Below are positions 10,142 to 19,908 of a stretch of 35,782 nucleotides of DNA, piece by piece (position 1 is the stretch's first letter; each line of letters opens with the position of its first letter). Location of the stretch: sequence record SRR22947727_1908; one strand, 5' to 3'. The notes beneath the pieces are model-generated. The model was given only the letters and a program-made list of their open reading frames with translations, ran no database searches and was not told the origin of the DNA. The position numbers were made by a program, and so were the translations under genes.

Positions 10142-10627
10142 ATAACAGCAGGCGTGGTGTTGATAAGGCGGTTTTTGAAGGGTTGGTGGGGAGGCTTTAG
10201 AGTCTGCAAACCCATCGGAATAGCGAAATTATAATGCGCTTGCAGTAGTTCGAAACCTCGACAAAAGCTGGCATCTATCAAAAATTCTCAATATATCAAA
10301 GAATCTCTCAAATAATTTTGAGGCGTTTTTTGGTATACACCTCTTACCCACTTTTTGGTTGGCAATCAGTCACACAAGACTATATCGTTTTATAGCAACT
10401 GGATGTGTTACATACCGGTTTAGCAAAAATATTCTTTGTTAATAATGGATGGAGCGATAGCGTTCTACAAGGCGTGAGAGAAGCCGCAAATGGCCAGTCG
10501 ACAAACAAGATATTCGTATCTCAACTGGCAAGAGTGTTTTCGACTTTATGATTGAGCCCCCATTTGTTGATAAGTATCGCTAATCCGACCCGATCTTTTT
10601 TATTTTTTTTACAGAGATGCATTTACT

Positions 10628-12019
10628 ATGGACAAAAACTCAACAGAGGCTGAAAGCACAAGTATTGCAGAAAATTTTGCCAACTGGGCACTTGATGAAG
10701 CTACTGCTTTACCGCACACAAGTAATCAAATTATAGCGCGCATGACATATGACGCTGTGGGTTTGATGTACGCTGCTCGCAACGAGGATTATATTCTTTC
10801 GGTCAAAGAATCAGCGATTGAAAAAGGCGGTTGCCGGGCTGTTGGCCATAAAACTAAATTAGGGTTGTATGACAGCTGTTTGGTAAATGGAACAGCAATA
10901 CACGGAGAAGATTTTGATGACACTTACGAGGGCACACCTGTTCACTTAGCCGCATCTTTGGTTCCACCAATGATTGCTCTCAGTAGTATATGTCAAATCG
11001 ACCGTCATGATTGGGTAAGATCAATTTCTCTAGCTGCTGAACTCATTTGTCGACTTGTAGTTGTTGCACCGACTGCAATTCACCGGCAAGGATTTCATCC
11101 AACGGGTGTATTAGGTGCTTTTGGCGCTACTGCGGTTGCAGGAGTCTGTCTCCAATTGCAGCCTAAACAACTGGCTAGTGCTCTTGGTATTGTGGGAAGT
11201 ATGACGTCTGGCATCATTGAGTATCTTGCTGAGGGAACTTGGACAAAACGCATGCATCCAGGCTGGGCTGCAGCTAGTGGTCTCAAGGCAGCTCTTATGG
11301 CAAGAAATGGCTTTCTTGGACCCAGAACAGTTTTTGAGGGAGAACATGGTTTCTTTAAGGCTTTTGCCGACCCTTCAATAAAACAGGATTTATCAGTTTT
11401 GGACAACTGGGGTAGATCTTGGCATTTTGACCAAGTTGCTTTTAAACCTTTCGCGTGTGGAACAATGACGCAGCCGTTTATTGATTGTGCGATAAGTGCA
11501 CGTGGTAAGGTTGACATTAAAGACGTTGAAAAGATTGTGGCTCATATAGGTGAGGGAACTGTCCATAGGTTATGGGAGCCCTTAGACGAAAAGCGTCGGC
11601 CTTCAACACCATATGGTGCAAAGTTTTCTGTCCCTTATTGCGTAGCCGTTGGCATGGTTTTTGGTGATGCTGGGCTTTTACAATTTACCGAAAAAACTCT
11701 TGCTGATGATCGAGTGATTGAGCTTGCGCATCGGGTTTCGTACAGAATAAACCCTGAGGACCCATACCCTAGAGACTATGTCGGCTGGTTAGAAGTCCAC
11801 ACAAGGTCTGGGGTTGTTCACCATTTCAAACAGCCCTGCATGCGTGGTGGAAAAAACCAGCCCATGACCGACTCAGAAATAAAATCCAAATTTATTGCTA
11901 ACTGCACATATGGTCGGTTAAAGCACGAGGAAGCGTCACTCGCTTTTGAGTCGCTTGAGTTATTCTTCAGCAGCCCAGACTCAAATGCAGACAGGCTTTT
12001 CTCTGAATTGCCAGTGTAA
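10628..12019 (+). CDS. MmgE/PrpD family protein (paralogue A)
   Basis: Contains NGTAIHGEDFDDTYEGTPVH, GFHPTG, TKRMHPGWAA, FEG.HG, KPFACG and AKFSVPY. Confidence 0.9.
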   Translation: MDKNSTEAESTSIAENFANWALDEATALPHTSNQIIARMTYDAVGLMYAARNEDYILSVKESAIEKGGCRAVGHKTKLGLYDSCLVNGTAIHGEDFDDTYEGTPVHLAASLVPPMIALSSICQIDRHDWVRSISLAAELICRLVVVAPTAIHRQGFHPTGVLGAFGATAVAGVCLQLQPKQLASALGIVGSMTSGIIEYLAEGTWTKRMHPGWAAASGLKAALMARNGFLGPRTVFEGEHGFFKAFADPSIKQDLSVLDNWGRSWHFDQVAFKPFACGTMTQPFIDCAISARGKVDIKDVEKIVAHIGEGTVHRLWEPLDEKRRPSTPYGAKFSVPYCVAVGMVFGDAGLLQFTEKTLADDRVIELAHRVSYRINPEDPYPRDYVGWLEVHTRSGVVHHFKQPCMRGGKNQPMTDSEIKSKFIANCTYGRLKHEEASLAFESLELFFSSPDSNADRLFSELPV

Positions 12020-12105
12020 AAAGTAGTTTGAAGAATTCGGCTATCCATACACTTATTAAAAAGTGCAAGCCAACTATCATGAATAAATAGTGATCTTAAT
12101 CCAGT

Positions 12106-12864
12106 TTAATATTGCATCACCACACCACCATTGATCTGGAGCATTTGACCGTTAACGAAGCCACCATTTTCTGAGCACAAGTAAGCGATCATTCCACCAA
12201 TATCACTGGGCTTGCCCAAACGTCCTGACGGATTGTCTTTCAATAGTTTCTGATAATTTTTATTAGGCTCAGGATTATCCATATCGGCGCCGTCCGGTGG
12301 AAAAGTGCCTGGAGAAATAATATTCGACGTTATACCACTAGGTCCAAACTCAACTGCAAGGGCCTTCGTCAGCCCCCAAAGGGCATGTTTTGAGACTGAG
12401 ACGAAGCCTGCACCTGGGTAACCCCTTTGCGCATTCATGCCGGTAAAATGGATCACGCGTCCCCAGCCTTTTTTTACCATGAAAGGCAAAGCTGCACGCG
12501 CAAGCCAAATTGGTCCGTTCATATTCACGTTAATCACATTTTGCCATTCATTGTTCTCTATTTCTAGAAATGGCCCGTGAGGTCTAATGGCCGCATTATT
12601 GACAAGAATATCTATGCTCCCAAAAGCATCTACAGCTTTGTTGATGATTAGTTCTGCCTCTTGTTTGACACCTATATTGCCCATTGCTACAGACGCGTCC
12701 ACACCAAGTGCACGCACCTCTTCTGCCACTGCCTCTGCCGCGTTAAGATTTGTGCTGCCATTTACGACGATATTGTGACCAGCTTTGGCCAGTTCATGCG
12801 CAATTCCTCGACCTATGTTTTTACCTGACCCGGTGATAAGTGCTGTTTTTCTGCCCTGTGCCAT
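12106..12864 (-). CDS. SDR family oxidoreductase lacking the canonical catalytic Tyr
   Basis: Contains TGSGKNIG, DILVNNAA, ISPG, GRLG.P.DI and VNGQ.LQINGG; YxxxK appears as VSVSK. Start moved to ATG 12864 with GGAG upstream. Confidence 0.88.
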   Translation of the reverse strand: MAQGRKTALITGSGKNIGRGIAHELAKAGHNIVVNGSTNLNAAEAVAEEVRALGVDASVAMGNIGVKQEAELIINKAVDAFGSIDILVNNAAIRPHGPFLEIENNEWQNVINVNMNGPIWLARAALPFMVKKGWGRVIHFTGMNAQRGYPGAGFVSVSKHALWGLTKALAVEFGPSGITSNIISPGTFPPDGADMDNPEPNKNYQKLLKDNPSGRLGKPSDIGGMIAYLCSENGGFVNGQMLQINGGVVMQY

Positions 12865-13259
12865 CGTGAACTCCAAAAAATAGCCGTTTGATATAAAATT
12901 ATATTCTATTTCATTTTTGTAAAGTTTTACGTGCTCGATAGATCCTTCTTGCTCAGAAAAACCAGGGGCCAGACGGCAGTTTTGACAATGGTATTAAGAG
13001 TTGACTTTTTGACAACTACGGCAAGTTACATTTAACGATTTATGGCTAATTGAAGTCTGAACAGGCTCATTAATCAGCCTGCCCAATGCCAACACCAAAT
13101 TTATAGCAAAGTTGAAACCAATCCCGCCCAATACGACAACATTAATTGAGAGTATAAGGCGTCATTATCATTTAGTTGATAGAAACACGTATTGATTACC
13201 CAAAGGTCTTTTTGCGGCAGCTCCAATCAAGTTGTATGGAGAATTTATTAAGTATTGGG

Positions 13260-14156
13260 TCAATCAGAAATGGGAACTGTACTTTTAACAATAGTTTTAT
13301 CGAGCTCTTCATATTGGTGATAATCAATCACATCATAAAGTTCACTTCGTGTCATCATTTGCTCTTTGAATTGTGACGCTGAGCCGTTTTGTAGCAGGCT
13401 TTTGTAAAAACCTTTCATCGTGGCAGCGGCAACGCGCAACGCTGAAACGGGGTATATAACCAACTCAAAGCCCAATTTTGTCCATTCTTCCATGGATGTT
13501 TCGGGGGTGATACCAAATTCGGTCATGTTGGCTAAAAGCGGTCCCTCAACTTGCTCTCTGACCATTTGCATGTCTAATGTTGATCCAAGTGCCTCAACGA
13601 AGATGATGTCCGCCCCAGCTTTCCGATAGGCAACTGCACGTTTGATTGCTTCATCAATTGAAAGCTGCCCTGCGTCTGTCCTTGCGCACACCAATGTTTT
13701 CTTTACTGATGCTTTACAAGCAACAATCTTACGACACATATCTTCCACTGATATAAGCCGTTTATCATTCAAATGGCCGCATTTTTTTGGCATTTCTTGA
13801 TCTTCAATCTGAATTGCGGCAACACCCATGCTGTCAAGTGTTTGTGACAGCGTCATTAAATTCAAGATTTCTCCGTATCCGGTATCACAGTCCACGATTA
13901 ATGGTAAATTCGATGATCTTAGAATACCCCTAACAGCATAAATGAGTTCATCTGAAGTCATCACGCCGAGGTCTGGTAGCGCTAGCGAGGCTGATAAAGC
14001 TGCTCCAGATAAATAGAGAACCTTAAAACCCGCATCTTTTGCGAGTTTGGCAGAAAGTGGGTTATAGACGCCTGCTACTGACAAGCTGGCTTTTTGGGTC
14101 ATCGCTTGCGTAAGTGTTGCGGCATGATTGACGTCATTTACTTGAGATAGATACAT
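13260..14156 (-). CDS. prpB: 2-methylisocitrate lyase-like protein (PrpB/MmgF type)
   Basis: Contains LYLSGAA..ASL.LPDLG, VDCDTGYG, IEDQ.MPKKCGHLNDK, ARTDA, LANMTEFG.TP, YPVS.LR and M.TR.ELY..I.Y..YE.LD. Confidence 0.8.
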   Translation of the reverse strand: MYLSQVNDVNHAATLTQAMTQKASLSVAGVYNPLSAKLAKDAGFKVLYLSGAALSASLALPDLGVMTSDELIYAVRGILRSSNLPLIVDCDTGYGEILNLMTLSQTLDSMGVAAIQIEDQEMPKKCGHLNDKRLISVEDMCRKIVACKASVKKTLVCARTDAGQLSIDEAIKRAVAYRKAGADIIFVEALGSTLDMQMVREQVEGPLLANMTEFGITPETSMEEWTKLGFELVIYPVSALRVAAATMKGFYKSLLQNGSASQFKEQMMTRSELYDVIDYHQYEELDKTIVKSTVPISD

Positions 14157-14188
14157 TCTTCGAGCCTTATTTTCTTAATGGATGCTTG

Positions 14189-15559
14189 TCAGGTACCTCT
14201 AGTGAGGCTCATTAGGTTTGCTATGTCTGGCAGGTCTTCGAACCTCCATATTGCCTCGACGATAGCCTCAGGCTTTGAGCTCAGGCGCTTTCCGCTTGCA
14301 TTAGCTAAAAATTTCTCAACGAGAAAATCTGATGAGACGGGGTTTTTCGTTGTTCCAAGGGCATGCTCAACGTTGACAGTCTCAATATTACCATTTTTAT
14401 ATTTTACGCGAACTTCGCACTGATCTTTTCGAAAGTCATCTTTGGGAACTGGGTTGATTTTTTGGCGAAGCGACGAAACATCTGGAGCGACTGCTCGTGC
14501 GTCAGAATATTGGGATAGACCGGCGTGGCGGTCAATATAGCCTACAGCAGCTGAATGCTTCAGGCTGAATTTTGATTTTAGTCCGGTTTGTGGGTCTTCA
14601 ACGCCTGTAATTGTAATGGTGTGAGGGTGTATGAGGGCATCGACACTCTCAATCTCATCATGTGGAATATTAGTGTTTTTGCTTGCTGTAATCATGGCAT
14701 CAATCAATGGGTGTTGAACTATCCCGCAAGCATATGGCTTGTACCCATTTGTTAGAATAGCCCAATTGCTGCCCAGATTTTTTGTCAAAAAATCATAATT
14801 TTGAGTCTTACTGTAGATTTTTGAAAAACCCTTCCGTCCTTCGACAATTTCATCAGAGCTGTCATATCCTGAGCTGGCCATTAAGGCTGCTAGAATACCA
14901 TTGGAAGCGGCTCTGCCGGCGTGAAAGGATTTGGACATGGTGCCCCGGTTTTGTTGCATGCCCGCCGCTTGAGTGGCTGAAAATCCAAGTGCAAAAGTAG
15001 TTTTTTCAGCGTCGAGCTTCAGCAAAGATGCGGATGCCACACCGGCAGCAATAGTGCCGAGTGTGCCCGTCAAATGCCAGCCGCCATCGTGATGGTCCGG
15101 AGCTGTTTGGCCAACCCGAACCCCTGCTTCAAACCCAAGCGTGTAAGCGAGAATGATGTCCTGTCCAGTTTTTTTCTTGTTTTCGCCCAGTCCCAAAATG
15201 GCGGCAAGAACCGGGGAACTAGTATGAAGAACCACGCCCCCCATATGTGTGTCATCATAATCATAAAAGTGACCCATTTGACCATTTACTAGCGCTGCCT
15301 CGAGCGGTCCAAACTCGCCTTTTTGGCCAATCACTGACGCACCTGTTTTTGAGGAAAACTCTGATAGTGTCTCGATAAATTTTCCAATTCTGGGATTGTC
15401 GCTAGCGGCAATCGCACAGCCCATCCAATCAAGAATGCCCCGTTTCGCTTCTTCAACCACCTCTCGGGGTAGATCGGTAAATTTCAAGTTCGAGCAGAAC
15501 GAAGAGAACTCACGTGTTAAACCCAATTCAAGGGGTGCTACGCCATACTTAACTGACAT
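14189..15559 (-). CDS. MmgE/PrpD family protein (paralogue B)
   Basis: Contains NGQMGHFYDYDDTHMGGVVLH, GWHLTG, KSFHAG, KPYACGIVQH and SKFS. RBS GGAG; overlaps the DUF4387 stop. Confidence 0.9.
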   Translation of the reverse strand: MSVKYGVAPLELGLTREFSSFCSNLKFTDLPREVVEEAKRGILDWMGCAIAASDNPRIGKFIETLSEFSSKTGASVIGQKGEFGPLEAALVNGQMGHFYDYDDTHMGGVVLHTSSPVLAAILGLGENKKKTGQDIILAYTLGFEAGVRVGQTAPDHHDGGWHLTGTLGTIAAGVASASLLKLDAEKTTFALGFSATQAAGMQQNRGTMSKSFHAGRAASNGILAALMASSGYDSSDEIVEGRKGFSKIYSKTQNYDFLTKNLGSNWAILTNGYKPYACGIVQHPLIDAMITASKNTNIPHDEIESVDALIHPHTITITGVEDPQTGLKSKFSLKHSAAVGYIDRHAGLSQYSDARAVAPDVSSLRQKINPVPKDDFRKDQCEVRVKYKNGNIETVNVEHALGTTKNPVSSDFLVEKFLANASGKRLSSKPEAIVEAIWRFEDLPDIANLMSLTRGT

Positions 15560-15863
15560 CGATTATCTCCAAATCAAGAATGGGAGCATATTGTTGCCCT
15601 CCGTGGTTATCAGGGTCTCCCAAGTCTCCCTGTGATACAGCCCTTGGGAAAGATATTTTTATCGTGGAAATCAAAGGTATTGCAAACGTATCAATTTTTT
15701 CTGATGCAATACCGTAAATATCAGCGACATTTTTTGCACTCAAAATATTTTGATCAAGACACTTATTGAACATTTCTGAGTTTTTGAACATCACATCGAT
15801 TGTGACAACGAAAGGCCCCGCATTTTTGCTTCTGATGAGCTTCGTGCAATCTCGCAATTTCAA
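15549..15863 (-). CDS. DUF4387 family small protein
   Basis: Contains L.D....IRSKNAGPF..TID.MF, IKISFPR....G..GD.D.HG.QQYAP. TTGA overlap with the upstream gene. Confidence 0.85.
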   Translation of the reverse strand: MKLRDCTKLIRSKNAGPFVVTIDVMFKNSEMFNKCLDQNILSAKNVADIYGIASEKIDTFAIPLISTIKISFPRAVSQGDLGDPDNHGGQQYAPILDLEIIDVS

Positions 15864-17251
15864 TTGATTTCAGTCCCGTTCATAATGGTTACAAAGCGGC
15901 AAGGGAAAAAGTCGAGTGGATTTGAAGTCTCCATCAAGCTATCGCCTGCGAATTTATAAACTTTACCTCTCTCCAAAAAAGGAGGGCTGTGCCGACAGGC
16001 GACGCCAGTGATCAGGCCGCTCCATTCAGGTATTGGCAAATGCAAAGCCTGATGCCGCGCTAATGAAATAATGGTATTTGAAATTTCTTGGGTATCAGAT
16101 GTGATTTCCAAAACTAGACCAATTTCATGGCTTGTAATTTTTTTGACTGGCTCAAGGTCACCCATTACAGCGTCTTTACCATAAATAGCGATGTTAAAAT
16201 GGTAGGTCGGTGAGTCTTTGCCATAAACGTCGTGCACCCTGGATTTTAACCGTTTTTTTAGTCTCCCTGCCCAATCATCAATCTGACCAATGATCATTGG
16301 ATCGCGGATACCGCCAATGATTACGCTCTGGTAACCTAGGAACACAGCTCCTTCGAGTTTTGCATTTTTAACGGTTTTAGGCTTAAAGGAACTATTGGTA
16401 ACCCTGACACGTCGAGAGCTAACCGCTTGATAGTGAGACTTTGCAATATTAAGGACACCATCGGGCTCAATCAATTCAAACGGATTAGCATTTTCATAAA
16501 GGCTATGTGCCGCAACGCTTTGTGGTGTGCAGATCATTTCTCCAGAAAGCGGTTCAACCTCGAAAGCTGTTTTTTCGAGTTCAGCAAAAAGACAGTCGGG
16601 AGAGGATCGAGTCTCGGCCGCAGCAGCGCCGCATTCGAGAATTTTCGCAGCGTGCCACGCAACAGCGGGATCAATGCCTCTCATTATTGGTAGGGCTGCA
16701 TAAATCGCGCAGTCGCTTGAGCGGCCAGCGATAACAATGTCAGCTTTCTGATCAAGTGCATAGACAAAGGGATCGGCGCCCATCATCCCGACGATCCTCT
16801 CGGATGCTTGAATAGCCTCGTAATCAAGGCCAGGATACGAAATTGGTGTTATTTTACCCCTGTTCCATAGCTCCGTGAGTGTTGATTTGTCTTGCTCAGC
16901 ATCGATGAGTGCGAGCTTAAAAGACATTTCATTTTCAGACGCAATTTCTAGTGTAATTTCTTTTAAGCTTTCGACATGGGGGCGTCCTCCGGCTGTGCCC
17001 GCAGACCCGATAATCAAGGGAATATTGGCAGATCTTGCAGCTTTCATCAACAGAGAGAGGTCTCGCTTCACTGCGACTTTAGGGAAAGCGGTCTTGCCAG
17101 CTCCGAGGTAGTAGGGCCCCGGGTCGGTGGAGCCCGCATCACATCCAATGAAGTCTGGGCCCAACGCCATGCCACGCAAAAGAGAGCTCTCGCGAAACCC
17201 AGACCCCAAAACACCATTTCCCGCAATGGCTTTTACTCTTAAACCGCTCAT
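15860..17251 (-). CDS. Acyclic terpene utilisation AtuA-family (DUF1446-like) protein
   Basis: Contains G.LG.GF, D.GSTDPGPYYLG.G, IPLIIGSAG.AG, AGRSSD, WH..KILECGA, SVAAH.LYE and G.RDP..I.QID. Confidence 0.82.
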   Translation of the reverse strand: MSGLRVKAIAGNGVLGSGFRESSLLRGMALGPDFIGCDAGSTDPGPYYLGAGKTAFPKVAVKRDLSLLMKAARSANIPLIIGSAGTAGGRPHVESLKEITLEIASENEMSFKLALIDAEQDKSTLTELWNRGKITPISYPGLDYEAIQASERIVGMMGADPFVYALDQKADIVIAGRSSDCAIYAALPIMRGIDPAVAWHAAKILECGAAAAETRSSPDCLFAELEKTAFEVEPLSGEMICTPQSVAAHSLYENANPFELIEPDGVLNIAKSHYQAVSSRRVRVTNSSFKPKTVKNAKLEGAVFLGYQSVIIGGIRDPMIIGQIDDWAGRLKKRLKSRVHDVYGKDSPTYHFNIAIYGKDAVMGDLEPVKKITSHEIGLVLEITSDTQEISNTIISLARHQALHLPIPEWSGLITGVACRHSPPFLERGKVYKFAGDSLMETSNPLDFFPCRFVTIMNGTEIN

Positions 17252-17285
17252 TTAGGTGTTTTTTCCAGTCTTTTTGCCGAATCCG

Positions 17286-17849
17286 TTACCCAAAAAACTG
17301 GTCATCAGCATAGACTGGTGGCTTGAATTTATTTTTCTTTGATCCGCCCGGCAGCGGTAAGCCATCGTTACCAACGCGGTCCCTCAAGTCACCAGAGTGT
17401 GCCCTGGAACCTACCCTCAGTAAAACCAGAGGTTCTTCACTAGTGCAGGTGAAGTTGTATAACGTGCCGGCGGGCAACATAATTCCTTCGTTTGAACCGA
17501 TTTCTTTTTTCTCCTCATTTGGACCGTGGAAGACAGCTTTGCCTTGCAGGATCACAAACATATGGTCTTCATTATTATGGGCGTGTAATGTATTCTCACC
17601 ACCTGACGCGTATACCTTAATCCAGGCCCATAAGTTCTCTGTTTCCGCCAATGGGTTTATGCTTCGTCCATCTGTGACCAGTTGGGTTCTCATGGAAAAA
17701 AATTGAGGTTTTTTGTCTTCACAAAGGGGACTAAACTTCCCCATTTGCCGGCCTGGAACCTCGTCAACACCGTACCTTTGCCGCATGCCACGATAATCGT
17801 CGGATATAACCTCTCCTGAGGTGCCATTATTGGATGATGTTGTGCTCAT
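17286..17849 (-). CDS. Cupin domain protein
   Basis: Contains KVYASGGENTLHAHNNEDHMF.ILQG and MLPAGTLYNF. RBS AGGAGG upstream. Confidence 0.85.
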   Translation of the reverse strand: MSTTSSNNGTSGEVISDDYRGMRQRYGVDEVPGRQMGKFSPLCEDKKPQFFSMRTQLVTDGRSINPLAETENLWAWIKVYASGGENTLHAHNNEDHMFVILQGKAVFHGPNEEKKEIGSNEGIMLPAGTLYNFTCTSEEPLVLLRVGSRAHSGDLRDRVGNDGLPLPGGSKKNKFKPPVYADDQFFG

Positions 17850-17929
17850 GTGAACCTCCTGTGCTAACCAGAAACAAACAAATTCATTTTTCTCAACCCA
17901 TGCTATTTAGTCATGGATTGGGCATTTCG

Positions 17930-18829
17930 TCAAAACGTCTGTGACTGCAAAACTTTCTTTGCAACAGCTTTAAGTGCCAAAGCAGCTGGTGACAGGCTCG
18001 AGTCTTGGCTGATCAAAATACCAATAGACCTGCTAATACTGGGGCCGCTTATTTTACGCGAAATGATCGGCAGATTATGGATTGCGGTTGATGATAGGTA
18101 TGGCACTGCGGAAATGCCAAGGTTGTGGCCAACTAAACTTAACAAAGCAGGCAAATGCCCAACTTCATATTTTCCGGTCAAATGAACGCCTAAATCATCT
18201 AACCCTTTTTCAAGTAATCGTCGTGTTCCACTTTCGGGACGCATTTCAATGAAGTTGTATTTTTCAAGACATTGCCAAGTGACAGTGGATTGGATATTCA
18301 ATTCATGGTCCCTGTGGGCGACAAGCATGAACGGATCAGAATAACATTTTTCAAAATCAACTCTCTCATCGCTAGTTGCGCTTGGCGCAATGCCAAACTC
18401 AACCTCTCCAGAGTAGACCTTTTCAACAACATTAGGGCCAGAACCTTCGGTAATTTTCACGGATACATTTGGGTGGAGTTCTGAAAAATCTCTCAGAATA
18501 TTTGGCAAAATTGTGGTTGCAATTGTCATATTCATTGACACTTTAATGGTCCCTGTGCGCGCCGAGACAAGGTCTTTGATTTGCTGGTTTGAACGATAAA
18601 AATCGTTAACCGTTCGCATCGCAATCGGAAGATAATTCCTACCAAGTGCAGTCAGGGAGACACCACGATAGCGTCGGTCTATCAATTGAGCCCCGAGAGT
18701 ATTCTCAAGTCTTTGAATTCGTCTTGTTAAAGCGGGTTGAGTGACTTTCAGCGAAGCGGCAGCGGTTTGGTAATTTCCAAAATGCACTAAGCTTACAAAA
18801 GCTGAAATACTATCGATGGTTAATTTCAT
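17930..18829 (-). CDS. LysR family transcriptional regulator
   Basis: N-terminal HTH (AAASLKVTQPALTRRIQRLE..LG..L.DR..RGVSLT..G), C-terminal LSPAA; transcribed divergently from the TauD-family gene. Confidence 0.95.
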   Translation of the reverse strand: MKLTIDSISAFVSLVHFGNYQTAAASLKVTQPALTRRIQRLENTLGAQLIDRRYRGVSLTALGRNYLPIAMRTVNDFYRSNQQIKDLVSARTGTIKVSMNMTIATTILPNILRDFSELHPNVSVKITEGSGPNVVEKVYSGEVEFGIAPSATSDERVDFEKCYSDPFMLVAHRDHELNIQSTVTWQCLEKYNFIEMRPESGTRRLLEKGLDDLGVHLTGKYEVGHLPALLSLVGHNLGISAVPYLSSTAIHNLPIISRKISGPSISRSIGILISQDSSLSPAALALKAVAKKVLQSQTF

Positions 18830-18844
18830 TCAACAATTTCCATA

Positions 18845-18887
18845 TTATGCATCAATGTAATAATACAATAAAAATTATTACATTGAT
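18845..18887. promoter_or_regulatory. Putative operator: perfect 14-bp inverted repeat and LysR-type box in the divergent promoter
   Basis: ATCAATGTAATAAT (18851-18864), 9-nt spacer, ATTATTACATTGAT (18874-18887); overlaps TTAT-N11-ATAA (18845-18863). Confidence 0.65.
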
Positions 18888-18946
18888 TTATTATTTTATC
18901 CATAGTCTCGTTGAAGAAAGGGTAAAAGTTTGAAGGGAGAGAAGTC

Positions 18947-19876
18947 TTGGCCGCACTGAACCAGAAATCAAATGACGTTTCCAAAATTCAGTTAGAAAAA
19001 TTAAGCGCACCCCTAGGTGCTAAAATCACGGGAATTGATTTCTCTCAGCCAATTAATGATGAAATTAAGAAGTTTTTGAAAAAGGCTTGGTCTGATCATT
19101 TGATATTAATTTTCAAAGGTCAGCAGCATATCTCTCAGGAGCAACATATCGAAGCAACGAGAGTTTTCGGTCTTCCGGTGCCGGGTGCCAGCCGAAGTTA
19201 TTTTGAAGCTGCCAATGTTGAGTCCAATTTACTCTCTCAACATCAAGAAATTATTATGGTTACCAACATGGGGCCTGACGGAAAACCCGCCAAAGAAAAT
19301 GCATCTTTAGGAAGCGGTGAAGTGGTCTGGCATTCCGACAATTCCTATATTGAAGAGCCGCCCATCGGTAGCTTTTTGAGATCTTTGGTCTTGCCTGTAG
19401 ATGGTGGAAACACATCATTTAGCAATCAATATCTAGCGTATGAAACATTGCCGTCGGATATTAAGGTCAAAATAGCTGGCCTATACACAAAGCAAGATGC
19501 AAGCAGAAACTCAGCTGGAAAACTCCGTCCAGGAATAAAGGCGCCTGCAAGTCTTGAAGAGGTGCCCGGCCCCAATCACCCCTTGGTGAGATTGCATCCA
19601 GTTTCAAAAAAGCCGGCTCTTTATCTTGGCCGCAGGCGCGTGTTCCCATCACAATATATTATTGGTTGGAACCAAAAAGAGAGTGAAGAAATGCTTGATT
19701 TCCTCTGGGAGCATGCCACTCAAGATCGATTTAAATATACTCATGTTTGGGAGCTGGGAGACATGATTCTTTGGGATAACCGTTGCACAATGCATTATCG
19801 TGACCCAATAAATTCTGATCAGTTGCGGGTTATGCATCGCACACAAATGCAGCGTGAAAAACCTATTTGTGCATGA
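18947..19876 (+). CDS. TauD/TfdA family Fe(II)/2-oxoglutarate dioxygenase
   Basis: Contains LGA.ITG.D, WHSDNSY, GGNT.F, HPLVR.HP, LYLG and W..GD...WDNRCTMHYR...R.MHR. TTG start with GGAG upstream. Confidence 0.92.
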   Translation: MAALNQKSNDVSKIQLEKLSAPLGAKITGIDFSQPINDEIKKFLKKAWSDHLILIFKGQQHISQEQHIEATRVFGLPVPGASRSYFEAANVESNLLSQHQEIIMVTNMGPDGKPAKENASLGSGEVVWHSDNSYIEEPPIGSFLRSLVLPVDGGNTSFSNQYLAYETLPSDIKVKIAGLYTKQDASRNSAGKLRPGIKAPASLEEVPGPNHPLVRLHPVSKKPALYLGRRRVFPSQYIIGWNQKESEEMLDFLWEHATQDRFKYTHVWELGDMILWDNRCTMHYRDPINSDQLRVMHRTQMQREKPICA

Positions 19877-19908
19877 ACTGATTTCAGGCATTTGGCGGGG
19901 AGATAATT

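Noticed and set aside
10142-10627. tRNA, att site or IS end at the island boundary
   Set aside because: No cloverleaf, terminal inverted repeat or recombinase fragment was recognised.
12993-13160. Hydrophobic minus-strand reading frame (LILSINVVVLGGIGFNFAINLVLALG...) in the prpB-SDR spacer
   Set aside because: No convincing start or RBS and no recognisable family; could be a remnant but cannot be supported.
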